Positions 51,972-62,511 of a stretch of 64,000 nt of DNA are shown piece by piece (position 1 is the stretch's first letter; each line of letters starts with the position of its first letter). The translations under genes and the position numbers were made by a program. The notes beneath the pieces are model-generated. The model worked only from the letters and a program-made list of their open reading frames with translations. It ran no database searches and was not told the origin of the DNA. Source of the DNA: Flavobacteriales bacterium (GTDB lineage Bacteria; Bacteroidota; Bacteroidia; Flavobacteriales_F; PHOS-HE28); the NCBI GenBank assembly GCA_041391845.1, contig JAWKNG010000003.1, positions 85,829 to 149,828 on the forward strand, in the 5' to 3' direction.

Positions 51972-52658
51972 ATGCGCCTGCTGTTGCTGTCCCTGCTGCT
52001 GCCGAGCACGGTGCTGCTGCATGCCCAGGAAGCATTGCGCCCTGCACGCAATACGGGCCTGTGGACCAGCTTCGGCGTGAAGGCGGACGCGCCGGCCTTC
52101 CTCAAGGACGTGCTGGGCGAGGACCGCTACAAGCGGCTGGACCTCGCAGCCGAGACCGGTTTCCGGACGGGTGACGAACTCGCGGACGGCAACCAGCTCT
52201 TCTTCGATGGCAGTGCACGCTACAAGATCGCCGACTGGATAGACGTGGGTATCGAACAGCGCATCGCCTTCCGCAACGGTGAACGGAACCGTCATCGCAG
52301 CGGTGTGCGTGTGTCCATGGAGAAGAAGGTCGACCGAGTTGAACTTGATTACCGATTCATCTATCAGCACAACTACCGGCCTTGGGGCGAACGCCGCGAA
52401 GTACTGCGCAACCGCTTCGGGGTGTCCTACAACATACCGGACTTCAAGTACGACCCGGAGCTGACCATGGAATTCTTCACCTGGGCCGGCTTTCAGGGCA
52501 TGCGTTACACCGGTGTACGCTACCGGCTGGGCACCGATATCAAGATCATCAAGGACCATGAGCTGGGTCTGGCGGTGATACACGACCGCGATACGCAGGT
52601 CTCCTGGCCCGGGCAACGGTGGATCGCGAGCATGTCCTACACCATTGATCTACGCTGA
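51972..52658 (+). CDS. Putative outer-membrane beta-barrel protein (DUF2490-like)
   Basis: 228 aa. Signal peptide MRLLLLSLLLPSTVLLHAQ and alternating amphipathic strands. The family name comes from pattern memory only. Confidence 0.4.
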   Translation: MRLLLLSLLLPSTVLLHAQEALRPARNTGLWTSFGVKADAPAFLKDVLGEDRYKRLDLAAETGFRTGDELADGNQLFFDGSARYKIADWIDVGIEQRIAFRNGERNRHRSGVRVSMEKKVDRVELDYRFIYQHNYRPWGERREVLRNRFGVSYNIPDFKYDPELTMEFFTWAGFQGMRYTGVRYRLGTDIKIIKDHELGLAVIHDRDTQVSWPGQRWIASMSYTIDLR

Positions 52659-52661
52659 GCC

Positions 52662-53315
52662 GTGCGCACCCGTATCCTCCTCTTCGTCGCCCTGTTCCTC
52701 GCGCTCGTAGCCGTCAGCTATTTCATACTGAAGCCGCCCGACACCCTTCCCGTCTACCATCCGGCACAACTCGACCCGCGCCTGGTGGACCCCTCGCTCA
52801 AGGGGATCACGGGAGAGCACCATATCAAGGACTTCAACCTCATCGATCAGTTCGGCGGCCGCTTCACGCTGGCCGATGTCGGCAACCGCATCATCGTGGC
52901 CGACTTCTTCTTCACTACGTGCGCCACCATCTGCCCAAAGATGACCGTGCAGATGGAGCGCGTGCAGCAGGCATACAGGAACGAGCCCCTCCTGTTGTTG
53001 CTCTCCCACTCCGTGACCCCCGAGATGGATTCCGTACCGGTGCTTGCCGCCTATGCTGCCAGGCACAACGCCGACCCTGAACGGTGGCGATTCCTCACCG
53101 GTGATCGCGCGCAGATCTATGACCTTGCGCGCAAGAGCTACTTCGCCGTGCTCGACGAAGGTGATGGAGGTCCGGACGACTTCGTGCACACGGAGAACTT
53201 CGTCCTTGTTGATCCACAACGCAGGCTGCGGGGTTTCTACGACGGGACTTCGCCCTCCGACGTGGACCGTCTCATCGGAGACATCGCCAGGCTGCTCAAG
53301 GAGCAGGAAGAGTGA
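52662..53315 (+). CDS. SCO1/SenC family copper chaperone / thiol-disulfide protein
   Basis: 217 aa, GTG start, N-terminal TM segment. FFFTTCATICP (CxxxC), and LSHSVTPEMD with the conserved His. Confidence 0.85.
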   Translation: MRTRILLFVALFLALVAVSYFILKPPDTLPVYHPAQLDPRLVDPSLKGITGEHHIKDFNLIDQFGGRFTLADVGNRIIVADFFFTTCATICPKMTVQMERVQQAYRNEPLLLLLSHSVTPEMDSVPVLAAYAARHNADPERWRFLTGDRAQIYDLARKSYFAVLDEGDGGPDDFVHTENFVLVDPQRRLRGFYDGTSPSDVDRLIGDIARLLKEQEE

Positions 53316-53336
53316 GCGGGCTACCTTCGCGGCCCC

Positions 53337-55226
53337 ATGAACGTCCTCTCCGTCGAACGCCTCGCCAAACGCTACGGACCGCGCCAGCTGTTCAAGGACG
53401 TCTCCTTTGGCCTGGAAAAAGGTCAGAAAACAGCCATCGTGGCCCGCAATGGCACTGGCAAAAGCACACTGCTGAAGTGCATCGCTGGTGTGGAGACCCC
53501 CGATGAAGGGACCGTGACCTTCAACAAGGGTCTGCGTGTAGGGTATCTCGACCAGAGCGTTCAAATGACCGCGGTGCACAGCCTGGTGGACGAAATGCTC
53601 GACCAGGATGACCCCGTTTCCAATGCCATCCGCGCCTATGAGCACGCGGTGGCCCGTCATGCCGACGAACGTGAGATGCAGGCTGCCGTGGACAGCATGG
53701 GCGAATTGAACGCGTGGGACCACGAGGCCCGCGTCAAAAGCCTGCTCCACCGCTTCGGCTTGCGCGATCTGGAGCAGCCCGTGAACACCCTCAGTGGTGG
53801 CCAGCAAAAGCGCCTGGCCATGGCCAAGGTGCTCATCAATGCCCCCGATGTGCTCATCCTTGACGAGCCCACCAACCACCTCGACCTGAACATGATCGAG
53901 CAGTTGGAGAACGAGCTCAACACGCCGTCCATGACCCTGCTGCTCGTGACACACGACCGCTATTTCCTTGATAGCGTGTGCGACGAGATCATCGAGATGG
54001 AGTTCGGCGCCTTCACCCGCTTCAAAGGCAACTACAGCTACTACGTGGAAAAGAAGGCCCTGTTGGACGAGGTGCGCGACGCCACCCAGCAGCACCTGCG
54101 CGGACTGATGCGCAGCGAACTGGAGTGGGTGCGCAAGATGCCGCGCGCCCGGGGCACCAAGAGCAAAAGTCGCCTGGACAAGTTCGAGGAGATCAAGTCA
54201 CAGGCCACCCGCCGCTTCGACCGCGACGAGGTGAAGATCGACGTGAAGACCGAACGACTGGGTGGCAAGGTCATCGAAGCGCGCAACCTCACCAAGGCGT
54301 TCGGAACGCCCGAAGATCCAGGGACCTACAAGCCCATCGTCAGCCACTTCAGCTACTCGCTCAAACGCGGCGACCGTATCGGTATCGTGGGCCCCAACGG
54401 GATCGGCAAGAGCACGTTCATCGAACTGCTCGTGGGCCGCATGAAGCCCGACCAGGGAACGGTGAGCATCGGGGACACCGTTATCCTCGGCACCTTCGAC
54501 CAGCAGGGACTGCCCATGAGCGAAGACAAGCGTATCATCGAGGTGGTGCGTGACATCGCCGAGGTCATCCCCCTGAACAAGGGTCGCACGCTTACCGCAT
54601 CGGCCCTGTTGGAACGCTTCCTCTTCGACAAGGAGAAACAGTACCAGTACGTCAGCACCCTCAGTGGAGGCGAACGACGCAGGCTTTACCTCTGCACCGT
54701 GCTGATGCGCAACCCCAACGTGCTCATCCTCGATGAGCCCACCAACGACCTCGACATACCCACGCTCAACGCCCTCGAGGACTTCCTGGTGGACCTGGAC
54801 GTATGCCTGCTGATCGTCAGCCATGACCGCTTCTTCATGGATAAGATCTGCACCAAGCTGCTGGTCTTTGAAGGTGAGGGCCGCGTAAAGGAATGGGTGG
54901 GCAGCTACACGGACCTGCGGGAGAAACAAAAGGCCGAGAGCGAACGTCCACGCACCGAAAAATTGGAGCGGGAGGTGCGGGTGACCGCTCCCGACGCACC
55001 GCAGCGCAAGAAACTCACCTACGCTGAACGGCTCGAACTGCAGCGCATCGACAAGGACATGCCGGCACTTGAACGCCGCAAGGAGGAACTGCTGCAGTTG
55101 ATGGCCGCCGGTTCGGGTGATCACCACCGGATGATGGAGCACTCCATCGAACTGGAACGTGCGGTGAAGGAACTGGACCGCATGACCGATCGTTGGCTGG
55201 AGCTGAGCGAACGCGCCGATGCGTAG
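53337..55226 (+). CDS. ABC-F family ATPase (two ABC domains, no permease)
   Basis: 629 aa. Two Walker A motifs (ARNGTGKST, GPNGIGKST). Two signature motifs (LSGGQQKRLAMA, LSGGERRRLYL). A coiled-coil C-terminal tail. Confidence 0.9.
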   Translation: MNVLSVERLAKRYGPRQLFKDVSFGLEKGQKTAIVARNGTGKSTLLKCIAGVETPDEGTVTFNKGLRVGYLDQSVQMTAVHSLVDEMLDQDDPVSNAIRAYEHAVARHADEREMQAAVDSMGELNAWDHEARVKSLLHRFGLRDLEQPVNTLSGGQQKRLAMAKVLINAPDVLILDEPTNHLDLNMIEQLENELNTPSMTLLLVTHDRYFLDSVCDEIIEMEFGAFTRFKGNYSYYVEKKALLDEVRDATQQHLRGLMRSELEWVRKMPRARGTKSKSRLDKFEEIKSQATRRFDRDEVKIDVKTERLGGKVIEARNLTKAFGTPEDPGTYKPIVSHFSYSLKRGDRIGIVGPNGIGKSTFIELLVGRMKPDQGTVSIGDTVILGTFDQQGLPMSEDKRIIEVVRDIAEVIPLNKGRTLTASALLERFLFDKEKQYQYVSTLSGGERRRLYLCTVLMRNPNVLILDEPTNDLDIPTLNALEDFLVDLDVCLLIVSHDRFFMDKICTKLLVFEGEGRVKEWVGSYTDLREKQKAESERPRTEKLEREVRVTAPDAPQRKKLTYAERLELQRIDKDMPALERRKEELLQLMAAGSGDHHRMMEHSIELERAVKELDRMTDRWLELSERADA

Positions 55227-55232
55227 GCTGGG

Positions 55233-56237
55233 TCAGAACTTGGCGCAGGGAACGATGCGCCTGCGCGTGGCCGAACGCTTCTTGTAGGGCTGCACAAGGT
55301 CATAGCCGAGCGTCAGCTCATGTGCACCACCACTGTGGCCGGCAAGCCGCGATATGGTGACGTCATAGCTGTACCCCACACGCAGGTCCTCCACCTTGAA
55401 GCCCACCAGCAGCGCCACTGCATCGTTGTTCGCATAGCCGGGCCCATACGCCTTCATCAACGGGATACCGCGGTACCAGATGCCGGCGAAGAAGGGATCC
55501 CGCTCGAAATAGGCACCCAGGTCCAACTGGTCGTACCGCTCCTGGCTGCGGTAGTTGAAGGCGAACACCACGCTTTGCGGATGCTCCTTGATGATGGGTG
55601 TACGGATGTTCATCCGGTAACCACCGTGGGCGCTGAAGCGGATGGGCAGGCGTGCTTCGTTGAGCAACAGGGATTGGTTCGGCCGGTTGAGGTGATGCCA
55701 GGAGATGCCCAGCCAGTAGTTCGGTGTGAAGAACAAGGCCCCACCGGCAATGTCCGCGTAGCTGATGCTCGTGCCATCCATCGCCTCGAACGTACCCACC
55801 GTGCCGCCCCGGGCCAATTGGTCACCGAAGACAAGGCGCGAATAGTCCACCGCGTGGTTCACCCAACCGACCTGTAGCGCTGGCCGGATGAAGACCTTCC
55901 GCTTCAGTTCGATCTCGTAGGCATACTGGCCGGCGATGCTGGTATACCGGAGCGCACCGGATCCGGCGCGGTCGTGGTTCACCAGCAGACCGACCCCGCT
56001 GTTCACATCGGGCATGTAATGGTCCACGGCAAAGTTGGCGGTGACGAACGACCCTGGAATGGAAGGCCATTGATCGCGATAGGCCAACCCCATGCGGGTC
56101 TGCGCACCAGTGCCCGCAAAGGCCGGGCTGATATAAGTGGGAAGCGCATAGAACTGGGTGAAATGCGCATCCTGGGCACCAGCAGCAACGGCCAGCCCCA
56201 GGGCACACATGCTCAACCAATGGCGCGTCCTACTCAT
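55233..56237 (-). CDS. PorP/SprF family T9SS outer-membrane protein
   Basis: 334 aa. After the signal peptide comes AQDAHFTQFYALPTYISPAFAG, the family's N-terminal hallmark. A beta-barrel-like remainder ends in F. Confidence 0.85.
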   Translation of the reverse strand: MSRTRHWLSMCALGLAVAAGAQDAHFTQFYALPTYISPAFAGTGAQTRMGLAYRDQWPSIPGSFVTANFAVDHYMPDVNSGVGLLVNHDRAGSGALRYTSIAGQYAYEIELKRKVFIRPALQVGWVNHAVDYSRLVFGDQLARGGTVGTFEAMDGTSISYADIAGGALFFTPNYWLGISWHHLNRPNQSLLLNEARLPIRFSAHGGYRMNIRTPIIKEHPQSVVFAFNYRSQERYDQLDLGAYFERDPFFAGIWYRGIPLMKAYGPGYANNDAVALLVGFKVEDLRVGYSYDVTISRLAGHSGGAHELTLGYDLVQPYKKRSATRRRIVPCAKF

Positions 56238-57828
56238 GCGGTCCGGTGCTCTCGGCGACGGCCGGTTGGGCCAGTGTCACATCCAGTGTCAGTTCCCGCT
56301 CCCCATCGGCCTTCGCCACAGCCTGCAGCCCAAGCTGTTGCTCGGCGAAGCCCGGAGACTCCACCGTGAGCGCATATTCAGCGCCCGGAGCCAGCACCAT
56401 GATGTAGCGCCCTGTGGCCGCGTTCGTGTTGTAGACGCCGAGCACCTCGGTGCGCTCCTTGTCCATCAGGGTGATGCGCGCACGCAACGGCTCCTCAGCC
56501 GTATCCGTGACCACGCCCCGTGCCAGCACATAATTCAACTGGCTACTGGGGAAATCCACCTGGTAGATGTCCTGCATCCCCAGCCCGCCGTTGCGCTCGG
56601 ATGAGAAATACCCGGTCTGACCATCGGCGCTCAGGGAGAAGTAGATGTCATCGTTCACCGTGTTCAATGGATATCCCATGTTCTCCGGAGCGCTCCACCC
56701 GTTCATATCGGCGTCGATCAGCGTGGCCTTGAAAATGTCATAGCCCCCCATCGTGTTGTGGCCGTTGGAGCTGAAGAACAATGTGATCCCATCGCTGTGC
56801 ATGAAGGGCGCATCCTCATCCTGGGGCGTGTTGATGTTCGGCCCCAGGTTCAATGGCAGGCTCCACTCGCCGTTGGGCAGTCGGCGGATGCGATAGAGGT
56901 CGCGTCCACCGAAGCCACCGGGCCTGTCGGAGGTGAAGTAGATCTCCTCCCCGCCCGGAGCGATGCTCGCGCTGGGTTCATGAGAAGGTGAGTTGATCAT
57001 GGGCGTCAGTTGCACAGGGGGCTGCCACTGCCCGCCCTTCCGGCTCACCTCGTAGAGGTCGCCGCTCACCAGGTCGCGCTGAGTGCGGTAGATGATCATT
57101 CTGTCCCCGTTGGGGTCCAGACCCACGGTGGCGTCGTGCACCGCTGAATTGACCGGCTGACCGATGTTCTTCACACGGCCCCACACCCCATCGACCTGAA
57201 CGGAGGTGTAGATATCCTCGAAATATTGGCCGGCCATGTCCTTCAGGCCACCGATCGTACCTGACCGGCGTGATGTGAAGAACAGCGTACCTCCATCAGC
57301 GGTCACGAGCGGGCAGTAATCGTGGGCGGCGGAATTGACCGTGCTGCCCAGGTTACGCACCTGCACATCCACCGGCGATGCCACCAGCTCCTTTGCCTGC
57401 ATGCTCATGGCGGCCATGCGATCGACCTCGGCATCCTTTACCATGCGGTAGTGAAGCCCTTTGTATTTCCGGTAAAGTGCCAGTGCGTCATCAAAGCGTT
57501 GCTGCTGGTGGCGAAGCCTGGCAAGCTCGATATGTGCCTCCACATGTCCACCCTCCACGGCGCGCTCCAACAAGGGTGACGCCTGTTCGCGCTGGCCCGG
57601 CAGGTTCACCATGCACAACGCAGCTTCGTAATTCACCTCCACGAAGGAGGGGTCCACCGGCAGAAGGCGTTTGTAGACCTTCAGCGCCTCGGCGTGGTTC
57701 CCGGCCGCAAGCAGTGCCTTGGCCTGGTCCAGCATCTGGTTGTGCGGTCGCTTGTAGTTCGCCTGGCCGAAACCGGCCAGCGTTGCAGCACAGAACAGCA
57801 CCGGGAGAAAGTAGCGTTCCTTCATCAT
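56230..57828 (-). CDS. TPR + PD40 (TolB-like beta-propeller) + CarboxypepD_reg-like protein, lacking the OmpA domain usually found in this family
   Basis: 532 aa. TPR-like N-terminus (AGNHAEALKVYKRLL). PD40 repeats (GGTLFFTSRR, EIYFTSDRPGGFGGRDLY, GITLFFSSN, TGYFSSERNGGLGMQDIY). It overlaps both neighbours (4 nt and 8 nt). Confidence 0.7.
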   Translation of the reverse strand: MMKERYFLPVLFCAATLAGFGQANYKRPHNQMLDQAKALLAAGNHAEALKVYKRLLPVDPSFVEVNYEAALCMVNLPGQREQASPLLERAVEGGHVEAHIELARLRHQQQRFDDALALYRKYKGLHYRMVKDAEVDRMAAMSMQAKELVASPVDVQVRNLGSTVNSAAHDYCPLVTADGGTLFFTSRRSGTIGGLKDMAGQYFEDIYTSVQVDGVWGRVKNIGQPVNSAVHDATVGLDPNGDRMIIYRTQRDLVSGDLYEVSRKGGQWQPPVQLTPMINSPSHEPSASIAPGGEEIYFTSDRPGGFGGRDLYRIRRLPNGEWSLPLNLGPNINTPQDEDAPFMHSDGITLFFSSNGHNTMGGYDIFKATLIDADMNGWSAPENMGYPLNTVNDDIYFSLSADGQTGYFSSERNGGLGMQDIYQVDFPSSQLNYVLARGVVTDTAEEPLRARITLMDKERTEVLGVYNTNAATGRYIMVLAPGAEYALTVESPGFAEQQLGLQAVAKADGERELTLDVTLAQPAVAESTGPHE

Positions 57829-60800
57829 CGTAATAGTGTTACGTCACCCTTCATCACGGACTCTCGACCGTCGCTGAATCGGGCGTAGGCTTTCCAGACA
57901 TAGACATCCTGCTTTGCGGGACTTCCGCGGTACCAGCCATCCCATCCGACGCGCACATCCTCGGTAACGAAGAGGAGCTCGCCCCAGCGGTTGAAGATCT
58001 CCAACCGGTACTCCTCCACACCCTGGTACAACGGGAAGAAGTGATCGTTGGAATAACTGTTCGGATCATAGAAGCCGTCCGTCGGTCCCTCACTGTTCGG
58101 TGTAAAGGCGTTCGGGAACTGGATGTCGCCCGTGGCCTCACCACGCACCGCCTGCTCCAACAGGAAGGTGTCCGGACAGTTCCACTGATTGTTCGCCACC
58201 AGGAGCACATCGAAGGTGCCCGGAGCCGTGTAGTAATGCACCGGGTTGAACTCCGAGGAGGTACTGCCATCACCGAAGTTCCACCAGTAGCTCGATGCGT
58301 TCGCACTGAGGTTGTAGGTGAAGACGGGCTCGGATGGTACGATGACCTCCGTGGGTTGCAGTACGAAGAAGGCATTGGCACGCGGGCGTACCACCACCGA
58401 ATCGACCTTCACGGCCGTATTCATTCCTCCTCCCACACCCATGGCGGTCAATGTGACGGTGTATACCCCTGGTACGTTGAAGGTGTATTCCGGGTTATCC
58501 GCCGTGCTCGTTCCACCATCCCCGAAGTTCCACTGGTAACTGAGGGCCTGCAGCGAGGTGTTCGTGAACTGGACCGTGAGCGGCACACAGCCTTCGCCCT
58601 GCCCAAGGAAGGAGGCCGTGGGCAACGGTGGTGTGATGGTCACCTCCTGCCGGGCCGTATCGCTGCACAGCGGTCCGCTCACGACAAGCTCTATGGTGAA
58701 GGTGCCCCACGTCGCATAGGTGTGTGACCCGGGCGACTGAATGGACGACCCATTTCCATCGCCAAAGCTCCATTGGTGCGACCAGTTGCCCGGCCCGCTG
58801 CTGTTGACCAGCTGCACCGTGGCATCAGGGAACTGCTGTATGAAGGGGGTGGCGAGCAGATCGGCCACGGGTACGGGATGAATGGTCACTGTACGGCTGA
58901 ACGAGGACGTACACCCGAACTGCGAGGTGGCGGTGAGCGTGATCGTACGCTGCACGGGGAACGGACTGTTGTTCACGTACGTGTATTGCGGATCGGTGCC
59001 GATGAGCGTGGTGCCATCGCCCATGTCCCACAACAAGGTGAGCGCACCCTGGCTGCCGTTCACGATGTCCACCTCCATCGGCGAGCAGGCCTCCTCTGTC
59101 ACGCTGAAGAGCGCTTGCAAGGGCGGATAGACCGTGAGCGTGCGGGTGGTCGTGTCGGTGCAACCCAGGTCGGAGGTGACCTCCAGCGTCACGGTGAAGT
59201 CGACCGGTGCGGTGGACGTGTGCGTGTAGGTCTGTACCTGCCCACCAGGGCCGGATGTGAGCACCTGTCCGTTGCCAAAGTCCCAATCGTATTGAACACC
59301 TCCGACGCTCAGGTCCTGGAACGGAACGTTCAACGGCTGGCAACCGTCCAGCACTCCGGGCACGAATTGCGCCAGCGGCTGCGGAAGGACACGGATGCTG
59401 CGTTGTGCGGTATCCGCGCATCCAAAGGACGACGTGGCCACCAAGGTGACCATCCGTACCTGCTCGTCCAGCCCCTGGTTGAAGTACGTGTGAGCCGGTG
59501 AGTTCAGCGCACTGAAGGCTCCATCGCCGAAGGTCCACTGGTGGGAGGTCGCTCCGGTGGAGACATTGACGAATTGCACCGGCAGGGGTGCGCACCCGAC
59601 CGTATCCGATACGAATGCCGCAATGACCTGCGGATAGACCGTGACCGGCCTGCTCATCGAACTGGTGCAGCCGTGGTCCGTGATGGCGGTCAGTTCCACC
59701 GTGAACTGCGCAGCACCCGGGCCGGCGAAGTTGTTCCAGACATGTTGATGGACAGCTTCCGAGGCGTCGGACGAACTGCCATCACCATAGCTCCATGCGA
59801 ACAGATCCGCTCCTGTGGAAAGGTTGGTCAGGTCCACCGCCAAGGGATGGCAACCCACGCTGTCCGATAGCTCGAAGTGCGCGGCAGGAACGGGGAACAC
59901 CCGCACCTCCGCCGTGGTGGTATCCACGCAACCGAAGGCATTGGCACCAATGAGCGTGACCACGAACACCTGATCATTGGTGGTGGTGTTGTAGTAGGTG
60001 TGTGCAGGCGACGGACCTGTTCCCGAAGTGCCATCACCGAAATCCCATTCATAGCTGACCGCCCCCACCACGCTCGGGAAGGTCACTGTGAGCGGGCTGC
60101 AGCCGCTGTCAGGAGTGGCTACGAAATTGAACTCCGGCGTCGGATAGACCGTGATCTGCTGACTGACGGTGGATTGACAGCCTGCCGCGGAGAACGCGGT
60201 CAGGGTCACTGTGCGGATATCGAGGAAGTAGCTGGTGTTGACATAGGTGTGGGAGGGCGATGGATCGGTGGATGTCGTTCCATCTCCGAAGTCCCACAGA
60301 TAACTGCCCGCTCCGGTGCTGAGGTTCTGGAACTGAACATCGAGCGGGGCACAGCCAGGCAAGGCGTTATGCTGGAACGAGGCCTGTACACCCGGTGCTA
60401 CCGTGATGTCCACCGTGCTCGTATCCGCACATCCGAAGGGCGACGACGCGACCAGCTGCACAGTGTAGACCGTATCGCTCAGGCCCACGTTGGTGTATGT
60501 GTGGGTGGCTGTGGTCGTTGTGTAGACCATGCCATCTCCGGTGTTCCAGACATAGTTGCTGGCCCCCGTGCTCGCATTGTCCAACTGGACGGTCAATGGT
60601 GCGCAGCCCAGGGTCGGCGAAACTTGGATGATCGCCTCTGGGCGGGCTTGCACGCTCACCCACTGGGTGGTGTTGGCTCCGCAGTACGCGCCGGTGACCG
60701 ACAATGACACCTGGTAGACACCGGCAACGGCATAACTGTGATCGACCAGCTCAGTGGAGACGGTCGTCCCATCACCCAGGTCCCATGCATAGCCCGTCAC

Positions 60801-62355
60801 AGGGTTTCCCGCTGCGGTCGTCACGACAGGCGTGAAGGAAGCGACCTCGCCGAAACAGAGGTTCGCCACCTGGATAGAGAGGCTCGGCGGCGCGAACACC
60901 TCCACAACATGGTCCATGGAGTGGGTGCAACCGAGCGCGTTGGTGACTTCCAGGCTGATGGTATAGGTCCCTGGTGAACTGTAGGTGTGGGGGGGCGGGA
61001 CAAGGTCCGTGCTGAAGGTGCCGTCACCGAACGACCACACCTGTGAAATGGCCCCGACGGAGGTGTTCGTGAAGGAAACGGTAATGGAATCACAGGCGGC
61101 ATCCTGATCCACCGTGAAAACCGCGGTGGGACGTGGTAGCACCACCACCTGCACTGAAGCCGTATCCGCGCAACCCGCCGTGGCACCTTGGATGCTCGCC
61201 GTATACCGCACGGTGTACACGCCTGGTGCGTTGTATGTGTGTGCCTGATCGCCGGCACCGGTCCACTGGAAGCCATTCCCGGTACCAAAGTCCCATTGGA
61301 AGTAGTTGGCGCCGCCCGTGGTGGTCTCGTTGAAGAATGCGGTCTCACCAACGCAGATGGTGTCCGGCGCAACGGTGAGCGAGACCGATGGAGGCGGAAC
61401 GATCTCGATGATGACCGTGGCCGTATCGATGCCGCAGTAGTTGCTGTCCAGCAGGGTCACCTCGTAGGTGCCGATGCCCGGGTAGGTGATGGTCCGCGGA
61501 AAGGTCGGCGGCCAGGGGGTCCAGTCGATGATCGAATCCTGACCGGCACCCCAGTAGTCACCGAAGTTCCAGTATTCGTAGCGCTGGAATATGTTGCCCT
61601 GCTGGAAGCAATTGCGCTCGGTGGTATTGAGAAAGGTGACCTGGTTGTCAGGCCAGCACAACAAGGTGGCGCTCGGTGCGATGCTCGCATCATCGATGTC
61701 CCAGATGCGTATCGGGTTGAACGTGGCCAGGCTGGCCCCCCCCTGCAGGGTATTGCAGCTATTCTCCGCGGTCAGCTCCACGGTGGTCTCGCAATCCACC
61801 GTGCCTGGCAGGTAGGTATGTGATATGGTCTGCCCCCAGTTCGTGTGATCGAACGTGAGCGGCGGGCTGCCATCACCGAAGTCCCACACGAACACCGTGT
61901 TGGGTGAAACGTTCGTGCTGGAGTTGACGAACTCCACCGCATGCGGCGCACAAACCTGCGTGAGCCCACCGACCGGTATCTGGATCGATGCGCTGGTGCT
62001 CTGTTCCATGATCAGGACGCCGCTTACCGTGCAGCCGGTGGCGAGTTCCGTGAAGACCACGTTGAAACTGCCCACCGTGGGCGGATACACGTGGCTTACG
62101 CTCTGCGGAGGCTGAAGCGAACTTCCGCTCTGCAGGGGGGAACCATCCCCCCAATCGATGGTGTAGGCGCCAACGACATCGGGCGTCGCGACCAACAACG
62201 CATAGGCCGTGCCCGCGCAGCTGTACCACTGGGGGGCATCGGACGGAGCGCCATAGTAATCGTAAAGCTGAGGGCACTGGGAACGTGCGGTCCCCGCCAG
62301 CAGCAATGCGCCGATCACAAGACCATATGGATGCAGGTTGCGCACGGAGATCCTT
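57825..62355 (-). CDS. Giant PKD-repeat T9SS cargo with type-B (CHU_C) C-terminal domain
   Basis: Start proposed at GTG 62355 (RNLHPYGLVIGALLLAGTARSQ signal peptide); the track ORF extends to 62636. About 15 PKD-type W.FGDG motifs by hand count. C-terminus FPNAFTPNSEGPTDGF...VYVWKAYARFSDGRESVMKGDVTLLR. Confidence 0.85.
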
Positions 62356-62511
62356 TCCGTCCGCTCGTACGTCGCACATGCCCCAAAGGATACGCCGTAC
62401 CGGCCGATACTACGACGAACGCGGCTGCATACCCGATGTCCACCTAATGGTATGGGATGGGCAACCCCGTGCGCGGGTTCGCGTATGAAGGCCTCCCAGC
62501 CTGTTGCGCAC

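Noticed and set aside
48535-54095. Long minus-strand ORFs 48535..49665, 49802..51418 and 52650..54095
   Set aside because: They are antisense to LptF/G, the acyl-CoA synthetase and the SCO/ABC-F genes, all of which have clear family motifs on the plus strand. The minus-strand translations have none.
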